64,000 nt of DNA, from positions 65,844,001-65,908,000 of the forward strand of contig OX597825.1 in NCBI GenBank assembly GCA_951406725.2. The letters are read 5' to 3'. Shown in pieces: positions 41,011 through 55,432 of this stretch; position 1 is the first letter of the stretch, and each line of letters opens with the position of its first letter. The translations under genes and the position numbers were made by a program. The notes beneath the pieces were generated by a model. That model did no database searches. It had not been told where the DNA came from and worked only from the letters and a program-made list of their open reading frames with translations. Source of the stretch: Octopus vulgaris. Its lineage: Eukaryota.

Positions 41011-42679
41011 TATAGTATGTTGTTTAAAGCCCGTTCACAATATTCCACTACCTGAGGTTATCAACAGTATGGAGTTATATGTCACTGGATTTGCTTCAGG
41101 ATTCATTCGTATCAGTAGTGTTTATGATATATATTAAAGAAAGAAAAGGAAAATGGAATTCGGAGATACTTCATTGTTCATTACGATTGTTTCTGTTGTG
41201 TAGACGCCCCCACAAACGATGAAATAGGCTAGCCCAATACGTAGATATAGAGGGAGAAGTCTAGACGTCGAGTGTTGAGAGGAGGGATTATGCCAAAAAC
41301 AAGGAGGTGGAAAGAAAAATTGTGAAATTTAAACACATCATAAGAGTAAAGTTGCCCAGGGAGGTATACTCAAAAAATGTAAAAGCCATTGTGGTCGATA
41401 AAGAAACATACAAGAGACTAGACATATGCGGAAATAAGAGTATTGGTGGGGTCGATGAACTACTACCAGTAGTTGAACTCGGAGACGTGGAGCCGAATAG
41501 GAGACAGTAAAAGGGGAAACAAGAAGAGTAAGTAAAATTACTTTGTTAAAAGAAAAAAAAGAAAAAAGTAAAGGAAAAAGTGCTTCGAAGGAAAAAGAGG
41601 AAAAAATGATAATTAAGAAAAAGACAACAGACAATAATAGCACGATTGTAATATAGTGTGTACAAACGTACAAATGGTACTGCATGAGGAGTGGGGCCCA
41701 TGCAGCCATTTCATTTTCGTTTTTTATATATATTCATCCTCATTCGTTTTATGTTTATTGTCCCCACTGTGGTGTTGTGCCTATCCTTGTAGTGTCCGCC
41801 TCTGTGTTAGTGGCCATGGTGCCAAATAGAGAAAGGAGTTGAGAGGAGAGTTGAGTAGAGGCCATCCGATTGTGCGATATAACAGTGGTGACGAGGACTT
41901 CGTAGATCACACTGCGACATAACAGTTTCCTATAGTATTTCCCTCGTGAGGCACGGATGCACGATGGGTCGAAACGATTGTAGTGAACCTCGTATTTTCT
42001 ATTTTCTTTCTCTCACATATTTTACATAAATACAAATATGCATAAACGTGGGTGATCTAACGTATGGCTCTTAGCATGTATTTAAGATCCTAAATGGTTT
42101 TTTCCCCTGTAGAGAATTCTAAAGGTATTTTCACTATTCCTATGACAGATAATATTTCTCTTTGCTATATTTTATAAAGAGACTAATTCTTTCATTTCTA
42201 CTCTTTATGGGTATTTTGTTGTCATGTGACTATGACATCCCTAGCAAGTGGGAATGACAGCAATTGATACTGTATATTATGTGACGAAAAGAGCTATTGT
42301 TTATCGTTCACCAGAGAATGATTTAGTGAGTAACAACCAACACGTATGCACGGTAGCTTAGTGAGGCGTATTTCCTATTTTCTTTATATGGTGTGTGCAA
42401 TGTCCATTACTTTCGTTTGTTTAATTTTGGTTGACATAAAAATATAGGATCGACTATCAGTTGAATTGTTTTGCACGCTCAGCCATTAAATATTTCACTT
42501 AAGTGGAAGAGAATTATATCGGCGAGTTTCATGTGCATCGTATTTTCTAGGCCCAAGTGTATCTATTTATCTATTTGTCTATCAATCAATCGAAATATGT
42601 GTGCATTCATATGTGAGCGCGCGCATATCTGTGTATACATATATATACATGTATATATATATGTATACATATACATATC

Positions 42680-42757
<78 letters not shown>

Positions 42758-43434
42758 TATATACACCTAACCTTTTACTACGTCGATTATGACGACGGGG
42801 GCGCTTAACAAACACGCGTGCCCTTAATGTAGTTCCCAGAGAGATTCAGCGTGACACACAATGTGAAAAGGCTGGCCTTTTAAAATATAGGTACTCCTCA
42901 AGGACACAACACACCGCCAGGTATCGAACGCACGATCTTACGAGCGTCACCCTAACCACTTAGCCACACGACTTGACTTATATATAGAAAATTGTGTGTA
43001 TACATACATATATATCTGTAACTGTAATATGTGACAATTATTCGGTAGCCATGATAAAACTCCGAGTTTCGGATGCCCAGGTGGAAATCCACGCCGGCGT
43101 CCATCTCTTCAGTTATCCGGCCATCCTGTTTCGACAGGCATCGATGTTTCACCATTTTTGTGGCTTATAAAACACCTCGAACCCGAATTGAATTGGAGGC
43201 AAACTGAATCGCACTAAATCACAAATCCGGTTCGAGGACGTGATGCTCGAGTTTGGATTCGGGTACATGACGTTGATAAGCAACAAATTCCAAATTCGGT
43301 TCGGATACTTGATATTCCGGTCGACATTTTTTACAACACAAATGCTGCTTCTAATTCCTAATGTAACCACATGTGGATCGTTGGCGATTTTTTCCCTCCG
43401 TCTTCCTTTTCTCTTGGACTTTCATCTGTCTCCT

Positions 43435-43469
43435 GTTTCTAAAGAAGAGCTTTGCTCGAAACATTAAAC
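43435..43469 (+). ncRNA. Degenerate minimal hammerhead (G5>A) near the 3' end of an insert at about 43020-43575
   Basis: gttt-CTAAAGA-a-gagc-ttt-gctc-GAAA-ca-TT-aaac. Confidence 0.55.
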
Positions 43470-43577
43470 CACCTTTCCTTCCTTCCTAGAGCGTCTGCTA
43501 ATACTTTGCATGTACCACGTCCCCGCGATGTTGCATTTTATTGTTTTTTCTACGTTTTTTTTTTGTGGGGCGGGGGA

Positions 43578-43629
<52 letters not shown>

Positions 43630-43633
<4 letters not shown>

Positions 43634-43767
43634 AATAAGTAACAAGATCCTCGTTGCTTATTTTGATTTAAATCACCCCATTTTGAATTATATGGATAAT
43701 ACCATACTAAATTCTGGTGCCTTTAACTTAAGTACCATATTCAACTGAATCTAAATTTTACTGAACT

Positions 43768-43768
<1 letters not shown>
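43630..43768 (+). mobile_element. 3' terminus of family A with a 17-bp 5' fold-back
   Basis: Reverse complement of 72-192. Hairpin tcgaaataagtaacaag-atc-ctcgttgcttattttga. Confidence 0.75.
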
Positions 43769-43802
<34 letters not shown>

Positions 43803-44086
43803 CTCATCATCAGCAGCAGCAGCATCGTTTAACGACCGCTTTCCATGTGAGTATAATGCGAGTGTGTGTGACTGCCTTCGTGTGTGTCTTGCTCTATGCA
43901 CGTATCTATATGCATGTTTATGTATGTGTATGTATGTGTATATATGTGTATATGCACATGTGTACCTACATATATCAGTTTGTGTATATAAATATATGTC
44001 CATATACGTATGCGTATGTATATGGATATATATATATATATATATTTATTTCATTGTTTAAACCTCGCCAAGATAAATATTTAAAC

Positions 44087-44150
44087 CACCTGATGAATGA
44101 CTGTGACTTGAAAATTTAAAGAAATTAACAGCCATGAAACGATCGTAGTG
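44087..44150 (+). ncRNA. Minimal type-I hammerhead, family H (element about 44060-44276)
   Basis: cac-CTGATGA-atgactgt...acagccat-GAAA-cgatcg-TA-gtg. Confidence 0.85.
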
Positions 44151-44269
44151 ATATATTAATTATATTTTTCTAATAATTTTCTTATATATTTAAATAATAT
44201 AAATTAAATAATCTTATGTATTGGCTTAAGTTTTTCATTGTATGATTTGCCTAATAGTGGTTTTGTCTC

Positions 44270-44326
<57 letters not shown>

Positions 44327-45556
44327 ATATATATACCTGTATGTATATATGTATGTCGGTGTGTATACGCACGAACATGAAACTACTTGTCTAAGTATTA
44401 AACATCCTTTCTCTTTCTGCTTTCTTTTTCCTCTGAGCGGTTATGATTGCGAAAGCTGATAAGGTCATTTTATCTGAACTGGAACGCATGATTTCCTCGT
44501 TTATATTTGAATCTTTTGCGCTTCTCTATTATTAGATTCCATTCATTCCCAACCTTGACGGGCATATAACAACAAGCCAGCCGACACTATAAATCTCTAG
44601 TGAGACTTTCTTTATCGATATACCTGAAGGGACCCGGACTGATAGGTCGAGGCATATATTGTACCTAATACAAGTCTAATATGAAATCCATCTCCTACTA
44701 TTAATCAATAATATTACCCTAACTACCACTGCGAAGTTCTTGAAGTAGATCCAATAGAAGTGTACCACAACTGCGGATCACAACAGGTAGCCTAAACTGT
44801 TCCGATGCTCTGCTCAGCATTTAAACACACTAATTGACTTATACGTATTCGTCCAAATTATTTATTATCATTATTATACATATATTTATATATTACTAGT
44901 TCTCGTTAAATAGCGCAGTCAAAAGGGTAAACCATAACACTATCCTGCTATTTGCTTTTCCTTCATCTTACATTTTTATCTTCTGTTTCCATAAAGGGTA
45001 ACCACATCATAAGAGACATGCACTGAACGCTGGTCCGTCGGCTTTCGCCAATGTCCAATGTTCTCTCTGTTCGTGCCTTGTTCAATATCCTCGTTAAATC
45101 CAATATTGTTTAGCTTTGAGATCATAATTAACACGGGAAAATATATGCCTTTTTCAAATCTCTTCTAACATCAAAGTCTTGAATTGCTTACGGTTTTTTT
45201 TTTCTTATTCAGAGGAACGAATATTGGCATAAATGTTTTTTCCGATAAATACAGCATTTTTATGTCAATCAAAGGTATTGCGGTAACGTCCATGATTTTT
45301 TCTGGTCCTTTTAGACTAACGAGATCAATGTAATTGATGATCAGTTTGAACATATGTAGATCGATACATCAATGTCTTTTTTTTTTGGGGGGGGGGGGAA
45401 ATAACGTGACTGAAGATGGAATTACAAAGGATTACATTGGTTGAGTGAACGAGTGGGTGAAATATACAGTGTGGGTTTTGAAAAGTGCAACACAAAAGAT
45501 CAAGTGAAGGTAAGACACAAGTATGGTCACTAGAACAGAATAGACAAAGGAGAGTC

Positions 45557-46260
45557 AGTGGTTGATATTTATTTATTAATAAATTGATATTTCTTCTTAC
45601 AGTTGTTTACATCTGTACCCATTAATCAACTTACAAATTTATGCATTAAATTTGCATTTATAATTTATGAGCAAAATATCACCAGGAAAAAGTTAGACAT
45701 AAAGTTAGACTAGTAAAGATGCGTGTGTGCAACAAACATGAAAAAAATTGTCTTACCTCTAGGAAGAACATCTGAAAAATGAAAACCTAGTAACGGATAA
45801 TGCAGTACCGGTTTCAGACTCTTCAAAATACGTTTGCCAACGTATATTTGATTTATCTTCATCAGCTGCATATACCTCGACAACATGTTGATCTTTCTGT
45901 TCGTTCCAAATGATAGTCTGTTGGAATGAACAGAAAGATCAACACGTAATTTTACGTCTAATTTTTCCCTGATGATATTTTCCTTATAACTTATAAATGC
46001 AAATTTAATGCATAAATTTGTAATTTATTCAATGAGTACAAATGTAAACAGCTGTAGAAAGAAATGATTATTAGTTTATTAATAAATAAATATTAACCAC
46101 TGAATCTTCATTTTCTTCTCTTAATTTAAAATGGATTATATACTTAAAATATACCTATTGATTTAGGGAAATTTTATTTCCCAAAGACTTAAGGTATAGA
46201 ACCAGTGTTTTCCTGGATGTAATTATCCTTTTAAGAGCTTAATATATCCTCTAATTAACT
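45557..46260 (-). mobile_element. Fold-back element I
   Basis: About 150 bp diverged inverted arms (45557-45707 / 45947-46102) and an internal 24-bp hairpin at 45886-45944. Confidence 0.75.
45800..45871 (-). ncRNA. Minimal type-I hammerhead with extended stem II
   Basis: atgcag-CTGATGA-aga..caaatatacgttggcaaacgtattttg..tct-GAAA-ccgg-TA-ctgcat. Stem I is 6 bp. Confidence 0.85.
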
Positions 46261-46266
46261 TATATA

Positions 46267-46314
<48 letters not shown>

Positions 46315-47039
46315 CATATACATATGTGTATTATGTATGTATGTATGTATGTATGTATGTATGTATGTATGTATGTATGTATGTATGTATGTATGTATGA
46401 ATGTATGTATGTATGCATGTATGTATGGACATAAGCTAACAAATAAAACACGAAACATGAATATGAAAACAAGCAACTGATTTTTTTACAGAGATGGTGG
46501 GGGAACAAACAGTAGTTCTCCAACTATGAAGAATAATTCAAAATGGAATACACATCAAAAACTACAAAGCACAAATATAAGTAATTCGAAGCAACCTATT
46601 CAACCAGTGTCCCCACAGTCCTAATTAGCATAGGAAACCCAAACATCACCCAAACCTAGATCAACCCTTAAAACACAGGATAATCAAAAACACCCTACGA
46701 CGACCACCAACCCCCAACTACAGAGATAAAGTAACAAATGGGGAAAACAGAACCTGGAAACAAGGAGCACTATTAACTCTGGGCTGATGCCCAGTAATAT
46801 CATATGGAGCAATAACCAAGAATTGATATATAAAGTCCAAAAAATTGGTGCACAGGCCCCAGGGAAAATATACCCCACAATCAAATATAATTTCAGAGGA
46901 AAGCAATACCACATGATAAGTGATAAGCTGGGGGCATAATAAAATACACCGTCAAATGTACAGCAATAATTTTAGACGAAATCAACACCACATCATAACG
47001 AATAACTTCAGAGCATATAACAAATATACAATACCAAAA

Positions 47040-47710
47040 TGCGCAGAAAGGATATAAACAACTATTTAAGAAACAGCAAGGTTACGATAAGTACATGTGA
47101 CTCTGATCTTACGAACCGTTTTTTAGACATAAATCTGAAATACGGACATAAAATGGATCCTAATTGCAAGAAACCAAAAATAATCAACGTCTTACAAAAA
47201 TACCTCTTTACAAGTAAGTATAGTTAGTAAGAGATTAAAATTCCCACCAACCCCCCAAAAATCAAATACGCTGAAATTAAATATGATATTGCACAATACT
47301 ATACAAATCTAAGATTAGCAGAACAGTTTTTTGGAGTAAAACAATGAAGGAGAAGCTATAATTAGAAACGAACGCGAACTCTATCCTAAATTATAAGGAA
47401 ATACAACTCTTGATAAATTTCCCTATAAACAAGAAACAAGAGAAATTAAAATCTAATTTCAGTAGATAACAATAGACACACTAAACAGATTTACTATTTG
47501 GCACAATATAATTATTAAGGGAGCTGATAACAGAGGTTCAGTTGTTATCAAAGAAATATCTAAAAGAGTTAAGTATTTGATATACTACATGACAATATTT
47601 ATTATGAAGAAACCAAAAATACAAACCTACGTAAATTATTGAACTACTCACCACCCTTCTACATCCATAGCAAAATTCTTTGACTGATAAGGAACAGGCT
47701 TACAACTTTC
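47040..47710 (+). pseudogene. Decayed N-terminal region of a Penelope-like ORF
   Basis: LKYGHKMDP, YYTNLRLAEQFF and IIIKGADNRGSVVI (47508-47549), resembling the PLE ADKG motif. Confidence 0.6.
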
Positions 47711-47848
47711 AAATATATATATATATGTGTGTAGAAACAAGTGCGCATATGTGTGTACGATTATTTTTTATATACCTATATATATATGAATGAATGTATA
47801 TATACTTACATATATTAATTTATACACACACATATATATACATCCATG

Positions 47849-47915
<67 letters not shown>

Positions 47916-48178
47916 GGATGGAGATAGATAGATACATAGATAGAAAGATACATAGATGTGTATACTTATATAAATACATGGTATATATATATAGGTATGT
48001 ATATCGACAAATATATATATAATATATATAGGTAGATATATAAGCATGTATGTAAGTATGTATGCATGTACACACACGTTAATGCGTCTCTATGCAAACA
48101 TATTCTCACATAAGTAGGAAAAGTATATATATAATGATCACTTACACATATATCTAATTACAGAGGGAAACCTCCAAA

Positions 48179-48235
<57 letters not shown>

Positions 48236-48240
<5 letters not shown>

Positions 48241-48644
48241 TAAATTAGAGACAAAACCACTACTAGGCAAATCAAACAATGAAAAACTTGAGCCAATACA
48301 TAATATTTAATTTATATTATTTAAATATAACAAAATTATAAAACCTCGCCAAGATAAATATTTAAACCACCTGATGAATGACTGCGACTCAAAAATTTGA
48401 AGAAGTTAGCAGGCAGGAAACGATCGTAGTGTGATATTAATTATATTTTTTTAATAATTTTGTTATATTTAAATAATATAAATTAAATATTATGTATTGG
48501 CTCAAGTTTTTCATTGTTTGATTTGCCTAATAGTGGTTTTGTCTCTAATTTAATATAATATAATATTTTACTATAAAATTGGATTCAATCCTAAATCTGA
48601 TTTTTCCCTGTAAGTTTGGATTTATTCCCTAATATTTATTATTA

Positions 48645-48646
<2 letters not shown>
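48236..48646 (+). mobile_element. Fold-back element, family H
   Basis: About 100 bp arms (48236-48338 / 48455-48556), homologous to 44060-44276 and 35845-35895. Confidence 0.85.
48368..48431 (+). ncRNA. Minimal type-I hammerhead, family H
   Basis: cac-CTGATGA-atgactgc...gcaggcag-GAAA-cgatcg-TA-gtg. Confidence 0.75.
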
Positions 48647-48733
<87 letters not shown>

Positions 48734-48785
48734 TGTCAGTGCATATGTGTGTGCACGCGTGTGATATATATTTTTAACTGTAAAG

Positions 48786-49160
48786 ATGGTGAGCTGGCAG
48801 AAGCGTTAGCACACCGGGCTAAATGCTTAGCGGTATTTCGTCTGCCGCTACGTTCTGAGTTCAAATTCCGCCGAGGTCGACTTTGCCTTTCATCCTTTCG
48901 GGGTCGATAAATTAAGTACCGGTTACGCACTGGGTTCGATGTAATCGAATTAATCTGTTTGTCTGTCCTTGTTTGTCCCCTCTGTGTTTAGCCCCTTGTG
49001 GGTAATAAAGAAATAGGTATTTCGTCAATCTTTACGTTCTGAGTTCAAATTCATCCTTTCGGGGTCGATAAATTAAGTAACATTTGCATATTGAGATACA
49101 TCTAATCGACTGGCAACCCTCACCAAAAGTTTGGGGCCTTGTGCCTAGTGTAGAAAAGGA
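48786..49160 (+). mobile_element. SINE family 2 (an older diverged copy follows to about 49390)
   Basis: Homologous to 4491-4888. Confidence 0.85.
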
Positions 49161-49974
49161 TATATTTTTAACTGTTCCAAGCCGGTGAGCTGGTAGAATC
49201 ATCCGCAACGTCGAGCAAAATGTTTAGCGTCATTTCTTCTCTCTCTACGTCAGGAGTTCGCTTATGTTGACCTTGCTTTTCATCATTTTGGGGTCGATGA
49301 AATAAATACTAGTTAAGCACTGGTGTTGATGCAATCGAGTTACACCTTCCCCAAGCCTGCTTGTTTTGTACCGAATTTGAAATCAGTATCTTTTTAAATG
49401 TTTGATTTGGGAAAATGTAAATGTACTTAGTTAAGACTTTTGGCGGCGTTAAATAGCAAAATCATACAATTAATGATATATATTGACTTGTAGAAATATT
49501 ATGGTAATACAGGATACCAATGCAGTTGTAAGTGGAAAATAAATAAAATACAATTATAATAATAATATTGCAGGATTGGAAATAATAATAATATTGCAGA
49601 ACAATAGTTGTACTCGTTGGATGAGAATTCTATTGAAAAAGAAATGCAGTTATGGATTGAATGGAAAAAGCATTATCAGTATATTCAAATTTTGTTGAAA
49701 TCATCTGAGAGAGATTTTAAACAATTGTACCAAAGGAACAAAAGTTTAATTGGGAAAAATAATCACTGGTTAAATGTAGTGAAATGAAACCTGAAATTTG
49801 CGAATTCCAATGACTGAGGAAAATTTCCTGAAATAAGAGAAAAAGAGACAAAATAATGATCAGATAAATGGAAGATAAATTAAATAGGATTAACATTTCA
49901 AAGCGGTAAAGCTACGTAGGAGGAAATATACGAAAATTTGCATCGATGCTTACGTCTACAATCATATATATATA

Positions 49975-50044
<70 letters not shown>

Positions 50045-50349
50045 CTCTCCCTCTCTTTCTATATATATATATATGTACATTTATTTATTGATGCACTCCT
50101 GTATATAAATATAACCTTATACATGGTGGCACGTAACAGTATGCAGTAAAACGTATACGCATACACACATATGTATATGCATATATGCATGCATACATCC
50201 CTGAATACATATATGTATACACATGCATATATGCATGCATACATCCTTCCATACATATATATTTATATATATATATATATATATGAATTCAAAAGAACAC
50301 ACCTGCAAAATAAACGTATCTACATATATATGAAGATATACGTATATAC

Positions 50350-50401
<52 letters not shown>

Positions 50402-50429
50402 CGTCCGTATACCTACATAAATATATGCC

Positions 50430-50510
<81 letters not shown>

Positions 50511-50532
50511 GTGTATACTGATATAAATACAT

Positions 50533-50587
<55 letters not shown>

Positions 50588-50762
50588 CGACAAATATATA
50601 TGTAATATATATATATGTACATATATAAGCATGTATGTATGTAATGTATGTATGCATATGCACACCCGTTAATGCGTCTCTATGCAAACATATATTCTCA
50701 CATAAGTAGGAAAAGTATAATGATCACTTACACATATCTAATTACAGAGGGAAACCTCCAAA

Positions 50763-50804
<42 letters not shown>

Positions 50805-51165
50805 TGCATATGTTTGTGCGCACGTGTATGTGTCTTTGTGTGTGTGCGCGCGTATGTGTGAAGGTACGTATGCGTACGTCTTTGCGTGTGCAGCATCCGA
50901 AATGCTCAATTACTTATATACATAATGACTAGGTTAATTAGGCTAAGTAAATGAATCTTCTATCTATTTATGAACAGGAGGAAAAGGCGATTAAAATAGT
51001 AAATGACATCGATATATATGCGTGCGTGGGTATTTGTGCGTGTATATATATACACTATATACATATATATATATATATAATATATAAATACATATATATG
51101 TGTGTGTATACTCATATATATATATATAAATATATATATGTATATATGTATATATATATACATAT

Positions 51166-51247
<82 letters not shown>

Positions 51248-51957
51248 GAGAGGCCTATGAAATACAGTTGGAATGAAATTTAATTAAATAGATAATGAAG
51301 TGATCCCAAATAGGATAAAATTATACTTAATGTTAAAATTCAAATTAAGATTAAAATTGAGGTAAAAGCAAATGGATTTAAGTGGTCGAAAAAGGAATGG
51401 CAAGTTTAATTGAATTACATCAAGCAACCTTGGATCTCTACGTGAATGGGTGAGAAATATGGAGTAAAGGTTAGACTAAATTTAGAAAGTGTTGCATCGG
51501 TTATTCTGCAGATTAACTGATTGTATAAATTTGTAAAGAGCTGTAAAGGAACATTAAGTATATACGTATCTGAGCGTCTGCGAGTAAAGGCAGGTGGCCT
51601 AGTGGTGGAAATGTCTGATTATAATAGTGAAACTGTGGGTTCAATTCCTAGACTGAGTTGGATGTGTTTGGGCAAGGAATTTCATTTTTCATTATTGCAT
51701 GTGCAATAAGTACAAGCTGGCTGTTGGTACATTTCTCCCTTAAGTTATTATATGCTACTATTTATAGCTTTATGCACTTCTAGATCCAGTGATCCAAAAA
51801 ATAAAATGAATTATTTCTCTTTTTTTTATTCTTTCGTGAGTTAATAAATTTTCTATGACGTCAACAACATATAATTGTCGCTGGTATGAATAAAGCAAAA
51901 ATTCGACGGTTTGCTTTGTACAATGGTAGAATGCCTGCTATGTCTAGAGAGGACGTT

Positions 51958-52218
51958 GAAGAAGAAGAAGAAGAAGAAGAAGAAGAAGAAGAGGAGGAGG
52001 AGGAGGAGGAGGAGGAGGAGGAGGAAGAAGAAGAAGAAGAAGAAGAAGAAGAAGAAGAAGAAGAAGGAGGAGGAGGAGGAGGAGGAAGAAGAGGAGGAAG
52101 AAGAAGAAGAAGAAGAAGAAGAAGGAGGAGGAGGAGGAGGAGGAGGAGGAGGAGGAAGAAGAAGAAGAAGAAGAAGAAGAAGAAGAAGAAGAAGAAGAAG
52201 AAGAAGAAGAAGAAGAAG
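51958..52218. repeat. (GAA)n/(GAG)n polypurine tract
   Basis: Direct reading. Confidence 0.95.
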
Positions 52219-52976
52219 ACTATTTTAAATTTTAGGCGGCTAATCGATTACGTCGACTTTCGTACTGGATTAGTACTTTATCTTATCGGCCCCGAAAGGG
52301 CCAAAATAAATCATGGTAGGCATTTTTTCGACACTCTAATGAATCTGCCAGCGTACCCATCTTAAGAAGTTCAATAAGTCATTCTAATTTTGGCACCAGA
52401 CCAGAAATTTTGATAGGAGGGAAAAGCCGATTACATTTTAACCAATACTCGAGAAGCAAATCATTTTAGCGACCGGAAAAAGAGGATTAAATGTTGTCGT
52501 CATTGGTATTTAAGCTCAGAACCTAAAGTGTCGTTAAACAATTATCGCAAATAACGTAAATTGTGTAAAACATTTTTCCGAATCTGTAACGATTCTTACC
52601 AGTTTATAATAATAATAATTCTTTCTAATTATGACACAAGGCCAGCCCTTTTAGGTGGAGGAATCAGTCGATTACATTAAAACTAGTATTTAACTAGTAC
52701 TTTATTTTATCTTGCTCGAAAGGATGAAATATGTTAGTCTTAGTGGGATTTGTACTCAAATGTAAGCGGAAACTTATTGTAGCAGCTCAAGATCAAGCAC
52801 CACCAACTAACAACTTGAGGAAATATAGCCAAATCAAATGAATGAATATTAAAATTAACAATAACAAGCAACAAGAGGACTATACAATGAATGTATTCGT
52901 TTGACGTTCAGTAAAAAGAGAGAGTTTTACCGAGCGTCAAGCTAATGCGTTCCTTCTACACGTCCTCTTGTTTGTT

Positions 52977-53318
52977 ATTACTCTTTTACTCATTTACTTG
53001 TTCTAATCATTTGACTGCGGCCATGATGGAGCACCGCCTTTAGTCGAGCAAATCGACCCTAGGACTTATTCTTTGTAAGCCTAGTACTTATTCTATCTGG
53101 TGTGACGTAAACACACCAGCATCGGTTGTCAAGCGATGTTGGGAGGACAAACACACGCACACATACATATATATATACGACTGGCTTCTTTCAGTTTCCG
53201 TCTACCAAATCCACTCACAAGGCTTTGGTCGGCCTGAGGCTATATTAGAAGACAGTTGCCCAAGGTGCCACGCAGTGGGACTGAGCCCGGAACCATGTGG
53301 TTGGTAAGCAAGCTCCTT
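52977..53318 (-). mobile_element. SINE family 1
   Basis: Reverse complement of the family consensus. Confidence 0.85.
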
Positions 53319-53689
53319 TATTTGATTTTACTATGTACCGCACGCTTACGTGGAACTCCTACATAATTCCGACCGATTGGGAGTATCTGGTTCTCTTTAG
53401 ATGGAATGTTGACTTGTTTCCTAACCAGGATCAGGCCACTATGTCCCCTAGTTTTCTCCGCTGTATATAACAATGATAAAAGCTCTAATTATTTTATATC
53501 TGAAACTTACAGAACTGCGCTCGGTAAGGTCTTATTTGATTTTGATTATTTACCGCACGCTCGCACGGATTCTCTATGTCCTTCCGACTGATTTGGAGTG
53601 CCTGGTTCATAGATTTTCCTACACTGACCTTGGATTATGTTAGCTTTAAACTCCTCTTTCTGCACCTTTGATTGAGAAAATATTTGTAT

Positions 53690-54372
53690 GTAAAGAAGTT
53701 ATCGACAGAATGTTAAGTGTACGTAATTTGGGATCCACAATAACACCAATTGTTGGAGAATGCCACAAGTTAACCCAGAGTGAATATAAAGAGTAGAGTC
53801 ATGATAAATTTGTGAATACTGGTAGCTTTGTCAAAAATGAGGGTTTGAAGCAGGAAGTATATGGTACAATCATTTGGCAGAAAGAGTAATTGAGTCGGAA
53901 ACATGAAAGATTTAGTGGAGGGTTTTCATTCAAACAGATAAAATGGATTATAACAAGTCAGATATTACAGTAATAGACAAAGAAAATCGAATTTGGATAT
54001 TGATTGATCCATCGGGTCCGTTTGATATTGGGACTTTGAAGAAAGTAGATGAAAAGTTGAAAAACTTCAACGCTGTTAAATTTGAGATTGCTAGAATTTG
54101 GAACAGGAATTCTGTAAAGATGGTGCTGTTGATAATTGGTACGTGAGGGAGTGTGAGTGACGAAATAGATAAATGCATAAAGGAGATCGGAATGTGGTGT
54201 CATGTGAAGATACTACCGAAATTTTCCCTCTTCGGAATAAGGATTATCATCAGAAAAGTTTTGGGCATTTGATGGCTTATTGAAATCAGGTGTGGATATT
54301 TGAGATTACACATAGTAACTCACTCCCCACCAAAATTCTACAAGGAATAAGATCAATCCCGAGTCAAGAACA
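53690..54372 (+). mobile_element. Decayed 3' part of an R4/Dong-like retrotransposon (RLE domain) with (AAT)n tail
   Basis: IVGECHKL..EYK..HD, WYNH, IQTD..NKSDITVIDK..ILIDPSGPFD..EKLK..EIARIW..LIIG, i.e. a PD..D-type nuclease. Confidence 0.8.
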
Positions 54373-54391
54373 TAATAATAATAATAATAAC

Positions 54392-54462
<71 letters not shown>

Positions 54463-54478
54463 TGATAATGATAATAAT

Positions 54479-54606
54479 AATACGCAGAACACTTTCCATA
54501 CAATAACCATCAGAGCATCACAACAAATCACAGCACATACCCAAGGCACACAGAGCTGCGCTCGGTAGTGAAGTGAAAGCACGCTATAAAAATAAAACTA
54601 CTGAAT
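54479..54606 (+). mobile_element. Very short 3' end of an R4-like element within (AAT)n
   Basis: IRRTLSIQ* plus a 3' UTR, with (AAT)n on both sides. Confidence 0.55.
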
Positions 54607-54607
54607 G

Positions 54608-54799
<192 letters not shown>

Positions 54800-55035
54800 G
54801 AGAAGGTATGGATGACAAAAACAGTATGTGTTTGCTCTCTTAGCTAACATTCTAAATATTGTAACAGATCTGTTGTTAAAATGATATTTTAAAGAAACTT
54901 GAACGATAAACAATGAATGCATCAGCTTAGAATGCATTCTAAAATATGAATTTTTACAATTACACAGGAAAAAGTACATAGACAGAAATACAATTGAATA
55001 GAGAGCGGAATGGAACGGAAAAAGTCAATTGTAAA

Positions 55036-55432
55036 TCTTTATATATAAAAGTCAAGTTGTGTGTCTGTCTCCTACGATTTAGATTCCTAACTACTCCCAC
55101 ACTTTGCGGTGCAGTTTAACCAAAACCGGGTATCTTATAGTTGTGATTCATATCGAGCCCTTCTGGGTATTAGCGCGCGTCTACGATGAGTCTACGATTT
55201 TTTTTTTAAATTACCATCATTTTTTCTATTTTAATGCATTTTTTCGCTATTATATAAGGGAAGTAACTCTCTAAAAATGTCTACGATGAGTCAATGATTT
55301 TTTAAAAAAATTAACCATAATTTTTTTTCCATTTTTAATGCATTTTTTGCTATTTTTTTACTATAACTCTCTAAAAATGCTTATATAGTTATTTCCCTTA
55401 CAAACCCGAGCAACGCCGGGCGATACTGCTAG
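55036..55432 (+). mobile_element. Non-autonomous Helitron
   Basis: A|TC start and the same 3' end (acaaacccgagcaacgccgggcgatactgCTAG|T) as 27171-27560. Confidence 0.85.

Larger units (their letters stand above)
47849..50826. repeat. Local direct duplication (about 47849-48185 + 48738-48762 vs about 50431-50826)
   Basis: Both copies share (GATA)n, gttaatgcgtctctatgcaaaca and ttacagagggaaacctccaaaggc, then (TA)n and agtgcatatg. Confidence 0.85.

Noticed and set aside
41938-41986. CTCGTGA-ggc..gtc-GAAA-cgattg-TA
   Set aside because: Two core substitutions and weak stems. At best a fossil hammerhead.
44620-44665. CTGAAGG-gacc..ggtc-GAGG scaffold
   Set aside because: Three core changes and no stem I.
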